A stretch of DNA of 34,655 bases, taken from positions 1-34,655 of IMG/VR virus record IMGVR_UViG_3300007959_000008; one strand, written 5' to 3'. The stretch is from a virus. Taxonomy: Duplodnaviria; Caudoviricetes. The position numbers and the translations under genes were made by a program. Shown here piece after piece: positions 1-8,402 of this stretch; the stretch's first letter is position 1, and the number at the start of each line of letters is the position of its first letter. The notes under the pieces are model-generated. The model was given only the letters and a program-made list of their open reading frames with translations, was not told the DNA's origin and did not search any database.

Positions 1-41
1 CTGGCCGCGATTGATTTGGACGTTGAGCAACGGAGGTAACG

Positions 42-659
42 ATGACTGACAAATTTACACCCGAGTTTATTGCGCAACAGCGCGAACTGGCGGCCCTGGC
101 GAAGTACACACTTCCCCTTGAGGCCCATAACGTTGATGATGAATTTTTCATGAATGCCTATTACATCACCGAAAAAGACGGCCCCGAGGCCGACATTGAC
201 GAAAACGATCAGAACTTCCCGCACGACAAAATCATTGCGATCACCATGTTACAGACGCCGCGTTTCGCGGATTTTCCACGCGCCGACATCAACACGGAAT
301 GCCTTATCGCCGCCGCGAGCAACTACCCCGACGCGCTGACGGCCATCGAGGAGCGCGACAAGGTTATCGAACGGATGCGCAGCCTGTTGGGTTTTCGTGA
401 TGACGCCCTTGCTAGCTATTCCGAATTCTACGAAAAGTGCCAATCACTTTGTGGGTTGCCAGACGCGAATCCATCAACCGAGATGGACGGCATAATCTTG
501 ACGCGGTTGGCCGAACACGACGAAATCGAACGGCTGCGGGCGTCATTGGAGAGAATTGCTGATATGTCCAACGTCGCACCGGATTGGCGGCGTTTCCCCG
601 GCGTTCAAGCAATCCACGCTCATGCGGTAGCCACGCTGAATGGCGAAGAGAGGCCATGA
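42..659 (+). CDS. Hypothetical phage protein, possibly Ead/Ea22-like; paralog of 33892-34458
   Basis: GGAGG RBS upstream. Motifs DKFTxxFIAQQRELA and AAxxxYPxAL are shared with the minus-strand gene at the other end. Coiled-coil C-terminus. Confidence 0.7.
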   Translation: MTDKFTPEFIAQQRELAALAKYTLPLEAHNVDDEFFMNAYYITEKDGPEADIDENDQNFPHDKIIAITMLQTPRFADFPRADINTECLIAAASNYPDALTAIEERDKVIERMRSLLGFRDDALASYSEFYEKCQSLCGLPDANPSTEMDGIILTRLAEHDEIERLRASLERIADMSNVAPDWRRFPGVQAIHAHAVATLNGEERP

Positions 660-826
660 CCCTCACCCCCTGCGAGCCGCCCAACCTGCCCGCCGATGCG
701 CATTGGTACGCCCTCGTCGGCGGCGAAACCGTCGAGTCCGCGCTGGCCGCGTACACGGCGAAACACGGCGAGCCGGTGCGGGCGTGGACGTGGGGCGTGT
801 ATGTCATGTTTGAGGAGGTGGGGTGA
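656..826 (+). CDS. Small hypothetical protein (MTLTPCEPP...)
   Basis: ATGA overlap with the previous stop (start revised from 584). Ends in a GTGATG coupling to the next gene. Confidence 0.65.
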   Translation: MTLTPCEPPNLPADAHWYALVGGETVESALAAYTAKHGEPVRAWTWGVYVMFEEVG

Positions 827-1065
827 TGGAACTCCAGTTTGAGCCATTTGTCAAAAAGTATGCTGCCGGACTTTATACATCCGTGAAAGTCGGATGGATG
901 AGAGTTGGTATCAACTTTTATATCGGCGGCAATCCAACGATGTTTCAACTGCAAATTATGGATTCTGACGGAACGGACGGATACGTTGAGATTGTTTCCG
1001 CCCGTATCCTGTTTTTTTCGGTCAACCTTTACTACTTGATTGACGGCGAGGAGGAGGAATTATGA
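826..1065 (+). CDS. Small hypothetical protein
   Basis: GGAGGTG RBS and stop/start coupling on both sides. Confidence 0.65.
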   Translation: MELQFEPFVKKYAAGLYTSVKVGWMRVGINFYIGGNPTMFQLQIMDSDGTDGYVEIVSARILFFSVNLYYLIDGEEEEL

Positions 1066-1856
1066 CGCGCGAAAGCCTGTCAAAAAGGATTAGGTTTGAG
1101 GTCTTCAAGCGCGACGGGTTTACCTGCCAGTATTGTGGGAAAAAAGCACCGGATGTAGTCCTACACGTTGACCATATTGCGCCGGTCGCCAAAGGCGGAC
1201 AGAACGACATACTAAATCTCGTGACATCATGCGTTGATTGCAACCTGGGAAAAGGCGCGCGCGAACTTTCGGATAACTCGGTTGTAGAAAAACAACGCCA
1301 GCAACTCGAAGATTTACAAGAGCGGCATGAACAGATTGAAATGATGCTGGAATGGAAATCCGGCCTGCTTGACCTTGAGGCAGAGCAAGCTCGCGGCGCG
1401 GCGTCCTATTGGGAAAAGCTTGCGCCTGGGTGGACGGTAAGTAAAGACGGATTGGTTGACATCAAAAAATGGGTTGGAAAATTTGGCCTTGATGAAGTAA
1501 TTGAGGCTATGAGAATTTCTGCGGATCAATACATCATCACCGAGGATGGAAAAACGACGGACGAATCGTGGAATTGTGCCTTTGAAAAAATTCCGCGTAT
1601 TTGTTCGGTTAGGTCAAGGCCAGAAATGAGCGACCTTTATTACATTCGCGGAATACTCAGAAACAAATTTCGCAACTGCGACCTTTCATATGCGATTGGG
1701 CGGTTGAAATATGCGTTTAGATTGGGCGCAACCATCGAATCGCTGAAAGCAATCGCGTTGCGTTCGGACTCTTGGTACGAGTGGATGGAAAACATGGAAT
1801 TTCAAGCGGGCGCATTGGAAAGCATTAGTCTGCGGGGAGGCAGGGCAAATGCCTAA
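1062..1856 (+). CDS. HNH endonuclease domain protein with a long helical C-terminal extension
   Basis: RFEVFKRDGFTCQYCG...HVDHIAPVAKGG...NLVTSCVDCNLGK is a canonical HNH/zinc motif. Confidence 0.9.
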   Translation: MTRESLSKRIRFEVFKRDGFTCQYCGKKAPDVVLHVDHIAPVAKGGQNDILNLVTSCVDCNLGKGARELSDNSVVEKQRQQLEDLQERHEQIEMMLEWKSGLLDLEAEQARGAASYWEKLAPGWTVSKDGLVDIKKWVGKFGLDEVIEAMRISADQYIITEDGKTTDESWNCAFEKIPRICSVRSRPEMSDLYYIRGILRNKFRNCDLSYAIGRLKYAFRLGATIESLKAIALRSDSWYEWMENMEFQAGALESISLRGGRANA

Positions 1857-2643
1857 GTATCGCAAGACCTGGACAAAGACGCTTGACAGTTTTGACTTCA
1901 ACGAAATGCCAGACGATTTTTGCCGCGTTGTGTGGTTGCTGCTCCCGCTGATCCTTGACAGCGAAGGGCGCGGAATTGACCTTCCGGCCTGGGTTCGCTC
2001 GCGCATGTTCCCCCTTCGGCGCGTAGTAGACGAGGCAGACATAAAACGCGCTTTCGACTTCTTTGAAAGTCGAAAAATGATAGTTCGTTACAAGGTTGAC
2101 GGAAGGTCATATTTCTATTCCGTGAACTGGACGAGCTATCAAAGCGGAACGGAGAAGGAAAGCCCGAGCTTATTACCGCCTCCTCCAAGTATTGAAAAGG
2201 AACAGTCGGGAGAAGGTCAAGAGCCGGTCAAGAGTTTATCAGGAGGAGATCAAGCGGAGGTTGGTGCGGCTGAATCTGCATCTGCATCTGAATCTGTTAA
2301 TGCATCTGAATTTGAATTTGTTCAAACGCCGTTCACGAAAATGAACGCGCTTGTGTCGAACAAAATCTGCTTGACGCGCGAGAACTCCGATCCTGACCGA
2401 TGGGATGCGGCAATCAATCAGCTCGTGACAGACGAAATAACCGAAGCTGATATTGACGCGGCGGTGACGTGGTTGACGAAAGCGGGCCGCACTATCTTGG
2501 GCGCTCAGTCGATTGTCAAGGCGTGCGCGGTTGAAAAAAGCAAGCGGGAGCGCAACGGACGCCCAAAGCAATCCGACGCCGACTTTGAGGCGGCGATGAA
2601 GGCCGCCGCCGATGAATACGAAAGGGATCATCCAAATGGCTAA
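1849..2643 (+). CDS. Putative phage replication initiator / replisome organiser
   Basis: N-terminal LLLPLILDSEGRG helix-rich domain typical of phage initiators, a low-complexity linker with DNA repeats, and a position before a helicase-loader-like gene. Confidence 0.7.
   Translation: MPKYRKTWTKTLDSFDFNEMPDDFCRVVWLLLPLILDSEGRGIDLPAWVRSRMFPLRRVVDEADIKRAFDFFESRKMIVRYKVDGRSYFYSVNWTSYQSGTEKESPSLLPPPPSIEKEQSGEGQEPVKSLSGGDQAEVGAAESASASESVNASEFEFVQTPFTKMNALVSNKICLTRENSDPDRWDAAINQLVTDEITEADIDAAVTWLTKAGRTILGAQSIVKACAVEKSKRERNGRPKQSDADFEAAMKAAADEYERDHPNG
2204..2319. repeat. Iteron-like and hexamer repeats inside the initiator gene; candidate replication origin
   Basis: GGTCAAGAG twice (2215, 2226) plus GATCAAGCG, then eight hexamers mostly G(A/C)AT(C/T)T at 2272-2319. 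Confidence 0.45.
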
Positions 2644-3079
2644 CGCGCAGAAAATCACGCAGTTGATGACATCCGCCGCCAATGCGTTCCCGGCCTACGA
2701 CAAGGGGAAGCTGCCGCCCGCGATGCACTTTTACATCAAGGCGCTGTCTGAGTTCGCGCCGGACGTAATCGAATCGGCGCTCGAAAGGATTATTACGAGC
2801 AGTAAATGGTTCCCGTCGGTGAGCGAAGTCGTAGACGCCAGCCGCCACGTCGCCGCCGAAGCATTGCCGAACCAACGGGCGGCTGTGTATCACGGCGACC
2901 TGCTGCGCGAACGGGCGTTCGAGTTGGAGGACAAACGGGCGAGTGGTCAGTTCATCGCCGCCGAATGGGAATTGTTGGCGTCGGCGTTTGAGCGCATCGG
3001 GCGCAAAGAGGGCGCGAACCGACTACGCGAGAAGGCCGGGCTACCGTTCGTGTTTGAGCCGTATGAGGTAGAAGCGTGA
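2636..3079 (+). CDS. Replicative helicase loader/inhibitor, SPP1 G39P-like
   Basis: AFPAY...LSEFAPDVIESALERII...KWFPSVSEV pattern; directly follows the initiator. Confidence 0.65.
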   Translation: MANAQKITQLMTSAANAFPAYDKGKLPPAMHFYIKALSEFAPDVIESALERIITSSKWFPSVSEVVDASRHVAAEALPNQRAAVYHGDLLRERAFELEDKRASGQFIAAEWELLASAFERIGRKEGANRLREKAGLPFVFEPYEVEA

Positions 3080-3288
3080 GAAACCGCACCGATCAATACA
3101 TCGCGGTCTACGACTGGTTGCTGCGCCAGGATCACGGCGTGCCAGCGATAGAGATTGCGCGTCGCGTCGGCAGTCACGGCGGGCCGGACGGGGCGCTGCT
3201 GCCATTTGAGGCGCTCGGGTTGCCGCTGACAGAGGATGACGACGGGCTGATTTATGCTTATCGGATTGAGGGAGAGGAAACGAAATGA
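3076..3288 (+). CDS. Small hypothetical protein, possible winged HTH
   Basis: GTGA overlap, GAGG RBS, AIEIARRVG helix. Confidence 0.55.
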   Translation: MRNRTDQYIAVYDWLLRQDHGVPAIEIARRVGSHGGPDGALLPFEALGLPLTEDDDGLIYAYRIEGEETK

Positions 3289-3428
3289 TCACAATCTGCA
3301 AACTTGGCAAGGCATTACACGCGGCAGTTGTCGCCGCGCTGGAACACAACCGGCCAGCCGAAGGCGCGGAACGCCGCTGGCAGGATCACAAACAGACGTG
3401 CGCGAAATGCGCGGGGGTGAAACGATGA
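3285..3428 (+). CDS. 47-aa putative zinc-binding protein, not in the ORF track (MITICKLGKAL...WQDHKQTCAKC)
   Basis: ATGA overlaps at both ends, GAGG RBS, motif shared with 3988-4182. Confidence 0.7.
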   Translation: MITICKLGKALHAAVVAALEHNRPAEGAERRWQDHKQTCAKCAGVKR

Positions 3429-3544
3429 CAACGGCTGACATAATCGTCATTATCGTCATGGCGATTGTACTGATTCTCTACATGAGTGTTGCTGGCGCAT
3501 TGATCATTGCTTGGCTCACAGATTGGGGAAGGTGGCGGAGATGA
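3425..3544 (+). CDS. 39-aa single-pass membrane peptide
   Basis: MTTADIIVIIVMAIVLILYMSVAGALIIAW; ATGA coupling at both ends. Confidence 0.6.
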   Translation: MTTADIIVIIVMAIVLILYMSVAGALIIAWLTDWGRWRR

Positions 3545-3746
3545 CAGATGCTGAGCTTGCCGAAATTCGAGAGCGTGCGCAAAGCGGGAATCGTATTTTT
3601 CGCAGCGCAACCATTCTCAAACTACTGGAAGAAATCAAACGTTGGAAAGCCACCCCCCCGCCCCGCCGCGTTGCGAGTGCTGGCGCGAGATGTCGGCGCG
3701 GGTCGAGTGGGTGTGTCCTGTTCACGGAGAGGAGTTTGATCTATGA
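3541..3746 (+). pseudogene. Small Cys/His protein split by a frameshift in a C7 run
   Basis: One extra C at 3653-3659 joins MTDAELAEIRERA... to RCECW...CPVHGEEFDL and restores an ATGA overlap with 3743. Confidence 0.6.
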
Positions 3747-3991
3747 CATACGAAGAGTTGAAGGCGAAATATCCAGAAATTCATCATGCGCCACGCGAAG
3801 GGTGCCGATATTGTGGCGGAACGGGTGAAAAAGTGACGCATCTGAAAAAGAGTGAGTTTTTTGAAGCTCGCGACGTAACGTCTCCTTGTATTTGTCTTTT
3901 TGTCGATCACGAATTTGTTGACGAAATTCAAGGGGCGCTGAATGAAACCATCGCCCGCATGAAAGACGACATGAAAGGCGGCTCGGAATGA
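3743..3991 (+). CDS. Small zinc-finger-like protein
   Basis: CRYCGGTG...CIC motif, GAGGAG RBS. Confidence 0.7.
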   Translation: MTYEELKAKYPEIHHAPREGCRYCGGTGEKVTHLKKSEFFEARDVTSPCICLFVDHEFVDEIQGALNETIARMKDDMKGGSE

Positions 3992-4182
3992 CCACCCTTG
4001 TCTGGCGACCATGCGCCGACGGCGAACCGCTGTACAAGGCGTACTGCGACCTAGCGGACCGCGACAGGCCGGATACCTTCGAGGCATACGTGGCGCTGGT
4101 GGAGGCCATTGACGCGGCGTGGAAGGCGTGGCTGGATCACAAACGCGCCTGCGCCGGGTGCAGGGTGGAGGCGGTGGAATGA
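3988..4182 (+). CDS. Small putative zinc-binding protein, paralog of 3285-3428
   Basis: CADGEPL...WLDHKRACAGC. Confidence 0.7.
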   Translation: MTTLVWRPCADGEPLYKAYCDLADRDRPDTFEAYVALVEAIDAAWKAWLDHKRACAGCRVEAVE

Positions 4183-4976
4183 TACACGCCGTTAGTTTTT
4201 CATCCGGGTTGTCTTCCGCGCTCACCGCCGCCCGCGTGTTGGAACGCTACGGCAAGGAAAATATCCGCATCGTTTTCATGGACACACTTTTCGAGGATGA
4301 TGACAATTATCGATTTATGGATGAGTTCGCCGCGAGATTCGACGTTGAAATCATCCGATTAGTCGAGGGCCGCAACCCATACGAGGTATCACGTGCTCAG
4401 CACGTGATACCAAACAACAAACTCGCCCCGTGTACCTTCCGGCTGAAAATCGAACTTTTTCGCGCGTGGTTGGCAGAGCAAACCGAGCCGGTAACTGTTC
4501 ACATCGGGTATGACTTCGCGGAGGTGCATCGGTGCGAACCGACGCGCAGAAACTACGAGGGGTTGGGCTATACGGTTGACTTCCCGCTGCTATGGAAACC
4601 GATTGAGTTTAGACCTTATACCCAGGTATCCCGCGAGGATTGGGGCATTGAACCGCCGCGCATGTATGCGCTCGGTTACACACATGCCAACTGCGGCGGG
4701 CGTTGCGTGAAACAAGGACAAGGCGATTGGTTGCGGACACTCGCCAACTTCCCCGAACGCTACGCCGAAATCGAAGCCTGGGAGCAGGAAATGCGCGACC
4801 ACCCAAAGCGAAAGGACTATGCCATTCTACGTTCGCAGACGGCAGGCGAAACACAGCCGCTGACGCTGAAGGAATTACGCGAACGGTATCAGAACAAGCG
4901 CATCGACGCGCCGCTGCTGTGTGGGCTGGATGAGGCCAGTGCGTGCGTGACGTGCGGGATCGAGAGCGAATCATGA
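4179..4976 (+). CDS. PAPS-reductase-like adenine nucleotide alpha-hydrolase (PP-loop) with Cys cluster
   Basis: VSFSSGLSS PP-loop variant, FMDTLFED, CTFRLKI, HANCGGRCVK and terminal CVTC. Confidence 0.8.
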   Translation: MIHAVSFSSGLSSALTAARVLERYGKENIRIVFMDTLFEDDDNYRFMDEFAARFDVEIIRLVEGRNPYEVSRAQHVIPNNKLAPCTFRLKIELFRAWLAEQTEPVTVHIGYDFAEVHRCEPTRRNYEGLGYTVDFPLLWKPIEFRPYTQVSREDWGIEPPRMYALGYTHANCGGRCVKQGQGDWLRTLANFPERYAEIEAWEQEMRDHPKRKDYAILRSQTAGETQPLTLKELRERYQNKRIDAPLLCGLDEASACVTCGIESES

Positions 4977-5380
4977 CTGAGCGCCGCACGACATACGCCA
5001 CTGGCGCACGCCAGCGCAGCCGCAAGGTGACGCTATTCGGGATTACGTTCGACTCGAAGCACGAGGCCGACCGCTATTTGGAACTCTACGCCGATGAGGA
5101 GTGCGGCGGGATTGCGGACCTATGCGTCCACCCGAAGTACACGCTTCAACCGGCGTTCGTGATGGACAACGGGGAGCGCGTGAGAGCAATCACTTACACG
5201 CCAGACTTTTCGTACATCCTTGCGGAAAGCGGCGCATTGGTGGTCGAGGACGTGAAGGCGTGGCGGCTTGACAAGCGGACGGGGAAGCGCAAGCCGATCA
5301 TACAGGAAGATTGCGAGTTGAAAGTCAAGATGCTCAAACACCTTAGGCCCGACATTATTTTCAAAATTACTGGTGATTAG
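4973..5380 (+). CDS. DUF1064-like PD-(D/E)XK nuclease, putative resolvase
   Basis: TFDSKHEADRY, PKYTLQPAF, AITYTPDFSY, VVEDVK. Confidence 0.85.
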   Translation: MTERRTTYATGARQRSRKVTLFGITFDSKHEADRYLELYADEECGGIADLCVHPKYTLQPAFVMDNGERVRAITYTPDFSYILAESGALVVEDVKAWRLDKRTGKRKPIIQEDCELKVKMLKHLRPDIIFKITGD

Positions 5381-5389
5381 CGGGGGAGA

Positions 5390-5602
5390 ATGACAGACCG
5401 ACCGACCGACAAACTTGACGAATACATGGACTTAGAAAGCGCGCTCGCCGCCCTCACGCCGAAGCAACGGAGGGCGGCGCTTCTTTACGCGCAGGGGTAC
5501 ACGCAGGCAGAGATCGGCGAAATGATGGGGGTGGATCAATCGAACGTTTGTCGATTATTAGAAAATATATTCATTTCTGTCAAAGTCGCATATTTTATTT
5601 GA
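5390..5602 (+). CDS. Sigma-70 region 4-like HTH protein, probable late transcription regulator
   Basis: LTPKQRRAALLYAQGYTQAEIGEMMGVDQSNVCRLL; sits just before the late genes. Confidence 0.8.
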   Translation: MTDRPTDKLDEYMDLESALAALTPKQRRAALLYAQGYTQAEIGEMMGVDQSNVCRLLENIFISVKVAYFI

Positions 5603-5631
5603 GTTATGCCACAGGATATTGGAGGGAAACG

Positions 5632-6099
5632 TTGATAACTCGTCAATGCGTTTGTGGAAAGTCAATAAGGTCACGCGATCCACTTTGCAAGGATTGTCGC
5701 GAAGCCTACGGAAGAAATCCCAGAAAGTGGCCGGATTGGGTCAACCTTCTTGTTCACGACGAACAACGAGAGGTTGACAGAGCCCGCCGACACAACCACG
5801 ACCTTGAACTATTTGACGAGTATTGCGCTCCAATTTCAAGCGAGGCGGCGGCAAACCTGTCTGAAGCCCGCGCCTATCCAGAGATGGACTTTGATGAATT
5901 TACGCGGTTTGTTCACGAGTGGAGTGATGGCGATTCTTCGGACGGTGAACCGACCGAGGGTGATGATGATGGTTATGGCTTTTTGTGGAATGAGCCGCTA
6001 GACGGGGTTAGGGTTCCCGGAACAAACTTGGTAAAAACGACAATTTATAACCCGAATGGGTCAATAAAACAAACGCTTTATAGAGTAGCACAGGGGTAA
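5632..6099 (+). CDS. Hypothetical protein with N-terminal CxC...CxxC zinc finger and acidic tail
   Basis: GGAGGG RBS before TTG at 5632; CVCGK...LCKDC. Confidence 0.65.
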   Translation: MITRQCVCGKSIRSRDPLCKDCREAYGRNPRKWPDWVNLLVHDEQREVDRARRHNHDLELFDEYCAPISSEAAANLSEARAYPEMDFDEFTRFVHEWSDGDSSDGEPTEGDDDGYGFLWNEPLDGVRVPGTNLVKTTIYNPNGSIKQTLYRVAQG

Positions 6100-6103
6100 A
6101 ACA

Positions 6104-6433
6104 ATGTCAGTATTAGCGATTTTGGGTGTGGTTTTTCTGCTCGCTTTCTTGGTTGAGGCGCTCGTGGAATATCTGTTCGGCCAGTTGTGCGAACATACCC
6201 CGGTGCTGAAACCGTACCAGTGGGCGTTGATCTACGTGTCCGCAGCCGTTGGCGTTGTGGGCGCGTTTGTTTATCAATTTGATCTGCTCTCACTGTTGGG
6301 CGTCTTCCTGGGGGCCGACATTCCGATCACGCCGTTTGGCATTTTGCTGACCGGGCTGTCAATCGGGCGTGGCGCGTCGTTCCTGCATGACGCTGTGCAA
6401 AAGTTTTTCGTCAAGCCAACTTTACCGGCGTAG
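6104..6433 (+). CDS. Putative holin
   Basis: Three hydrophobic segments, LTGLSIGRGASFLHD motif, close to the endolysin. Confidence 0.7.
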   Translation: MSVLAILGVVFLLAFLVEALVEYLFGQLCEHTPVLKPYQWALIYVSAAVGVVGAFVYQFDLLSLLGVFLGADIPITPFGILLTGLSIGRGASFLHDAVQKFFVKPTLPA

Positions 6434-6443
6434 GGCGCACGCA

Positions 6444-6722
6444 ATGGCGACAACGACGCTGACAACGGCGCAACTTACTGGTAGGGTCGAGACGCTCGAA
6501 AAGACCGTTTCGCAGCACGATGAATTCATCGACGGGAACGGAAAGCCGGGCGCGAAAGAGCGCATTGGAAAGCTCGAAACCAATTACGCGGACATCAAAA
6601 AAACGCTTGACCAGATGACGAGCCGAATCACCGGGCTTATCTATACCATCGTCGGCGCAATCATCATCTACGTTTTCACGAGCGTTCTTCCGGGAATCAT
6701 TGGACACATAGGGACGCCATGA
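6444..6722 (+). CDS. Lysis-cassette membrane protein (coiled coil plus C-terminal TM, XhlA-like architecture)
   Basis: Coiled-coil heptads followed by GLIYTIVGAIIIYVF. Confidence 0.6.
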   Translation: MATTTLTTAQLTGRVETLEKTVSQHDEFIDGNGKPGAKERIGKLETNYADIKKTLDQMTSRITGLIYTIVGAIIIYVFTSVLPGIIGHIGTP

Positions 6723-7441
6723 CCTTACTTGGTATAGACGTTTCGCGCTGGCAGGATGACAATAGCACGCCGCAAATGGTCGACTTCAACAGGGCCAGAT
6801 CAGCGGGTGCTAATTACGTTTTCATCAAGGCATCGCAGTCTACCTGGATGGACCAGGACATTCTGAAAAACTGGCAGAACGCGAGGGCCGCCGGGGTTCC
6901 GCGCGGCGCGTATCACTTTTTGGACTGGACTACAACCGGCGCGGCACAGGGCAAGTTCTTCGCGGGCGTTCTGAAAAACGACAGCGGGGAGCTAACACCA
7001 GTCATTGACTACGAGTGCCGCGCCAATATCCAGGGCAAGAAGGCCGCGACCGAGGGACTTTACGCCGCGTGTAACACCGTTGAGATTGCGCTCGGGCGCA
7101 GGGTGATGATCTACACCGGGCCGTCGTACTGGCGCGAGTTTTGGGACGGGACACACGCGGATTACTTCGCCGCCCGCCCGCTGTGGATCGCCAATTACGG
7201 CGTGGCGAAACCGGCGATCCCCGCACCGTGGAAAGACTGGATGTTCTGGCAGTACAGCGCGAAGGGCGACGGCTTGAAATTTGGCGCGGAGTCGAAAGAC
7301 TTGGACATGGACTATTACAACGGCGATTTGGCCGCGTTCAATGCCGCGTTTGGCCTGGCGCACGAGCCGACCGATCACGAAATTCTATTAGACCTTGTGA
7401 AGCGCGTGGAAGCGCTGGAAGGAAAACTATGGATATCCTAA
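6719..7441 (+). CDS. Endolysin, glycoside hydrolase family 25 muramidase
   Basis: GIDVSRWQ, FIKAS, GAYHF, IDYE (DxE), LWIANY, FWQYS, DLDMD. Confidence 0.95.
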   Translation: MTLLGIDVSRWQDDNSTPQMVDFNRARSAGANYVFIKASQSTWMDQDILKNWQNARAAGVPRGAYHFLDWTTTGAAQGKFFAGVLKNDSGELTPVIDYECRANIQGKKAATEGLYAACNTVEIALGRRVMIYTGPSYWREFWDGTHADYFAARPLWIANYGVAKPAIPAPWKDWMFWQYSAKGDGLKFGAESKDLDMDYYNGDLAAFNAAFGLAHEPTDHEILLDLVKRVEALEGKLWIS

Positions 7442-7788
7442 AAATTGTTGTTGGCGAGCTTATCAAAATCGCGCCAGACCAGGGCGATACCGTTACCGCG
7501 TACTCTCGCGCTGAAAAAAACGAGAACATCGGCAAGCTGAATAAAGGCGAGTTGTATCAGGTCCATAAGATCAATGTTGGCAAGGGCATGATCGAATTGG
7601 AGCCAACCACGTGGCCGGCCAGCCTTCACCCCGTTGCGTGGGGCGGCGTGTGGATTGACGCGCGATTCGTGGAGCCGGAGAATTACCCCGTGCCGGAGCC
7701 GGAACCGGAACCCGCGCCGACCGGCAACTTTGAGGCCGCGATTGTCGCTGGCGTCGAGGCGTTCCTGAAGGCGTACAAGGGCGGGTGA
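7429..7788 (+). CDS. Hypothetical protein, possibly an SH3-like cell-wall-binding domain, with Pro-Glu linker
   Basis: IGKLNKGE...GVWIDARFVE then PEPEPEPAP; overlaps the lysin stop. Confidence 0.55.
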   Translation: MDILKIVVGELIKIAPDQGDTVTAYSRAEKNENIGKLNKGELYQVHKINVGKGMIELEPTTWPASLHPVAWGGVWIDARFVEPENYPVPEPEPEPAPTGNFEAAIVAGVEAFLKAYKGG

Positions 7789-8402
7789 TGGCAATCACGA
7801 ATAGGCAAGCGCGATTCATAGCCGAATACCTGGTTGACTTCAATGCAACACAGGCGGCTATTCGCGCCGGCTATTCGGAGGCGACCGCTTATTCTCAGGG
7901 TTCGCGCCTGTTGAAAAATGTTGAGGTTTCTAACGCCATCCGCGAAAGGGTGATGAGCGCCGACGAGGTATTGCTTGGCTTGACCGATATTGCAAGGGGT
8001 GATATTGCCGACTTGATGGATATTACTCCATCCGGTTTTACATTCCGATTGGTTGAGGAAAAAGAGGACGGGAAACGAATCGTCAACCCAAAAACGAACC
8101 TCATCAAAAAGATAAAGCAAAAAGTAACGACCATCTTAGCAAAGAGTGATGACGGTCAAGATCAGGAAGTGATCGAAACAGAGATAGAGCTTTATAGTCG
8201 CCACGAGGCATTACGCGACATGGGAAAGTTCCACAAGCTGTTTACAAACAACGTTGATATTACAACGGGAGGAGAGAAAATCGAAAACGGGGTATCAGAT
8301 GAAAGATTTGATCGGTCAATATCTACACTCGCTGATGCCCTCCGAGAAAGCATTTCTGGACAGGGTTCGGGGCCGCAAGGCGCTATGGGTTCCACAGAGT
8401 AA
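7788..8402 (+). CDS. terS: Terminase small subunit
   Basis: RQARFIAEYLVDFNATQAAIRAGYS...GSRLL. Confidence 0.95.
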   Translation: MAITNRQARFIAEYLVDFNATQAAIRAGYSEATAYSQGSRLLKNVEVSNAIRERVMSADEVLLGLTDIARGDIADLMDITPSGFTFRLVEEKEDGKRIVNPKTNLIKKIKQKVTTILAKSDDGQDQEVIETEIELYSRHEALRDMGKFHKLFTNNVDITTGGEKIENGVSDERFDRSISTLADALRESISGQGSGPQGAMGSTE

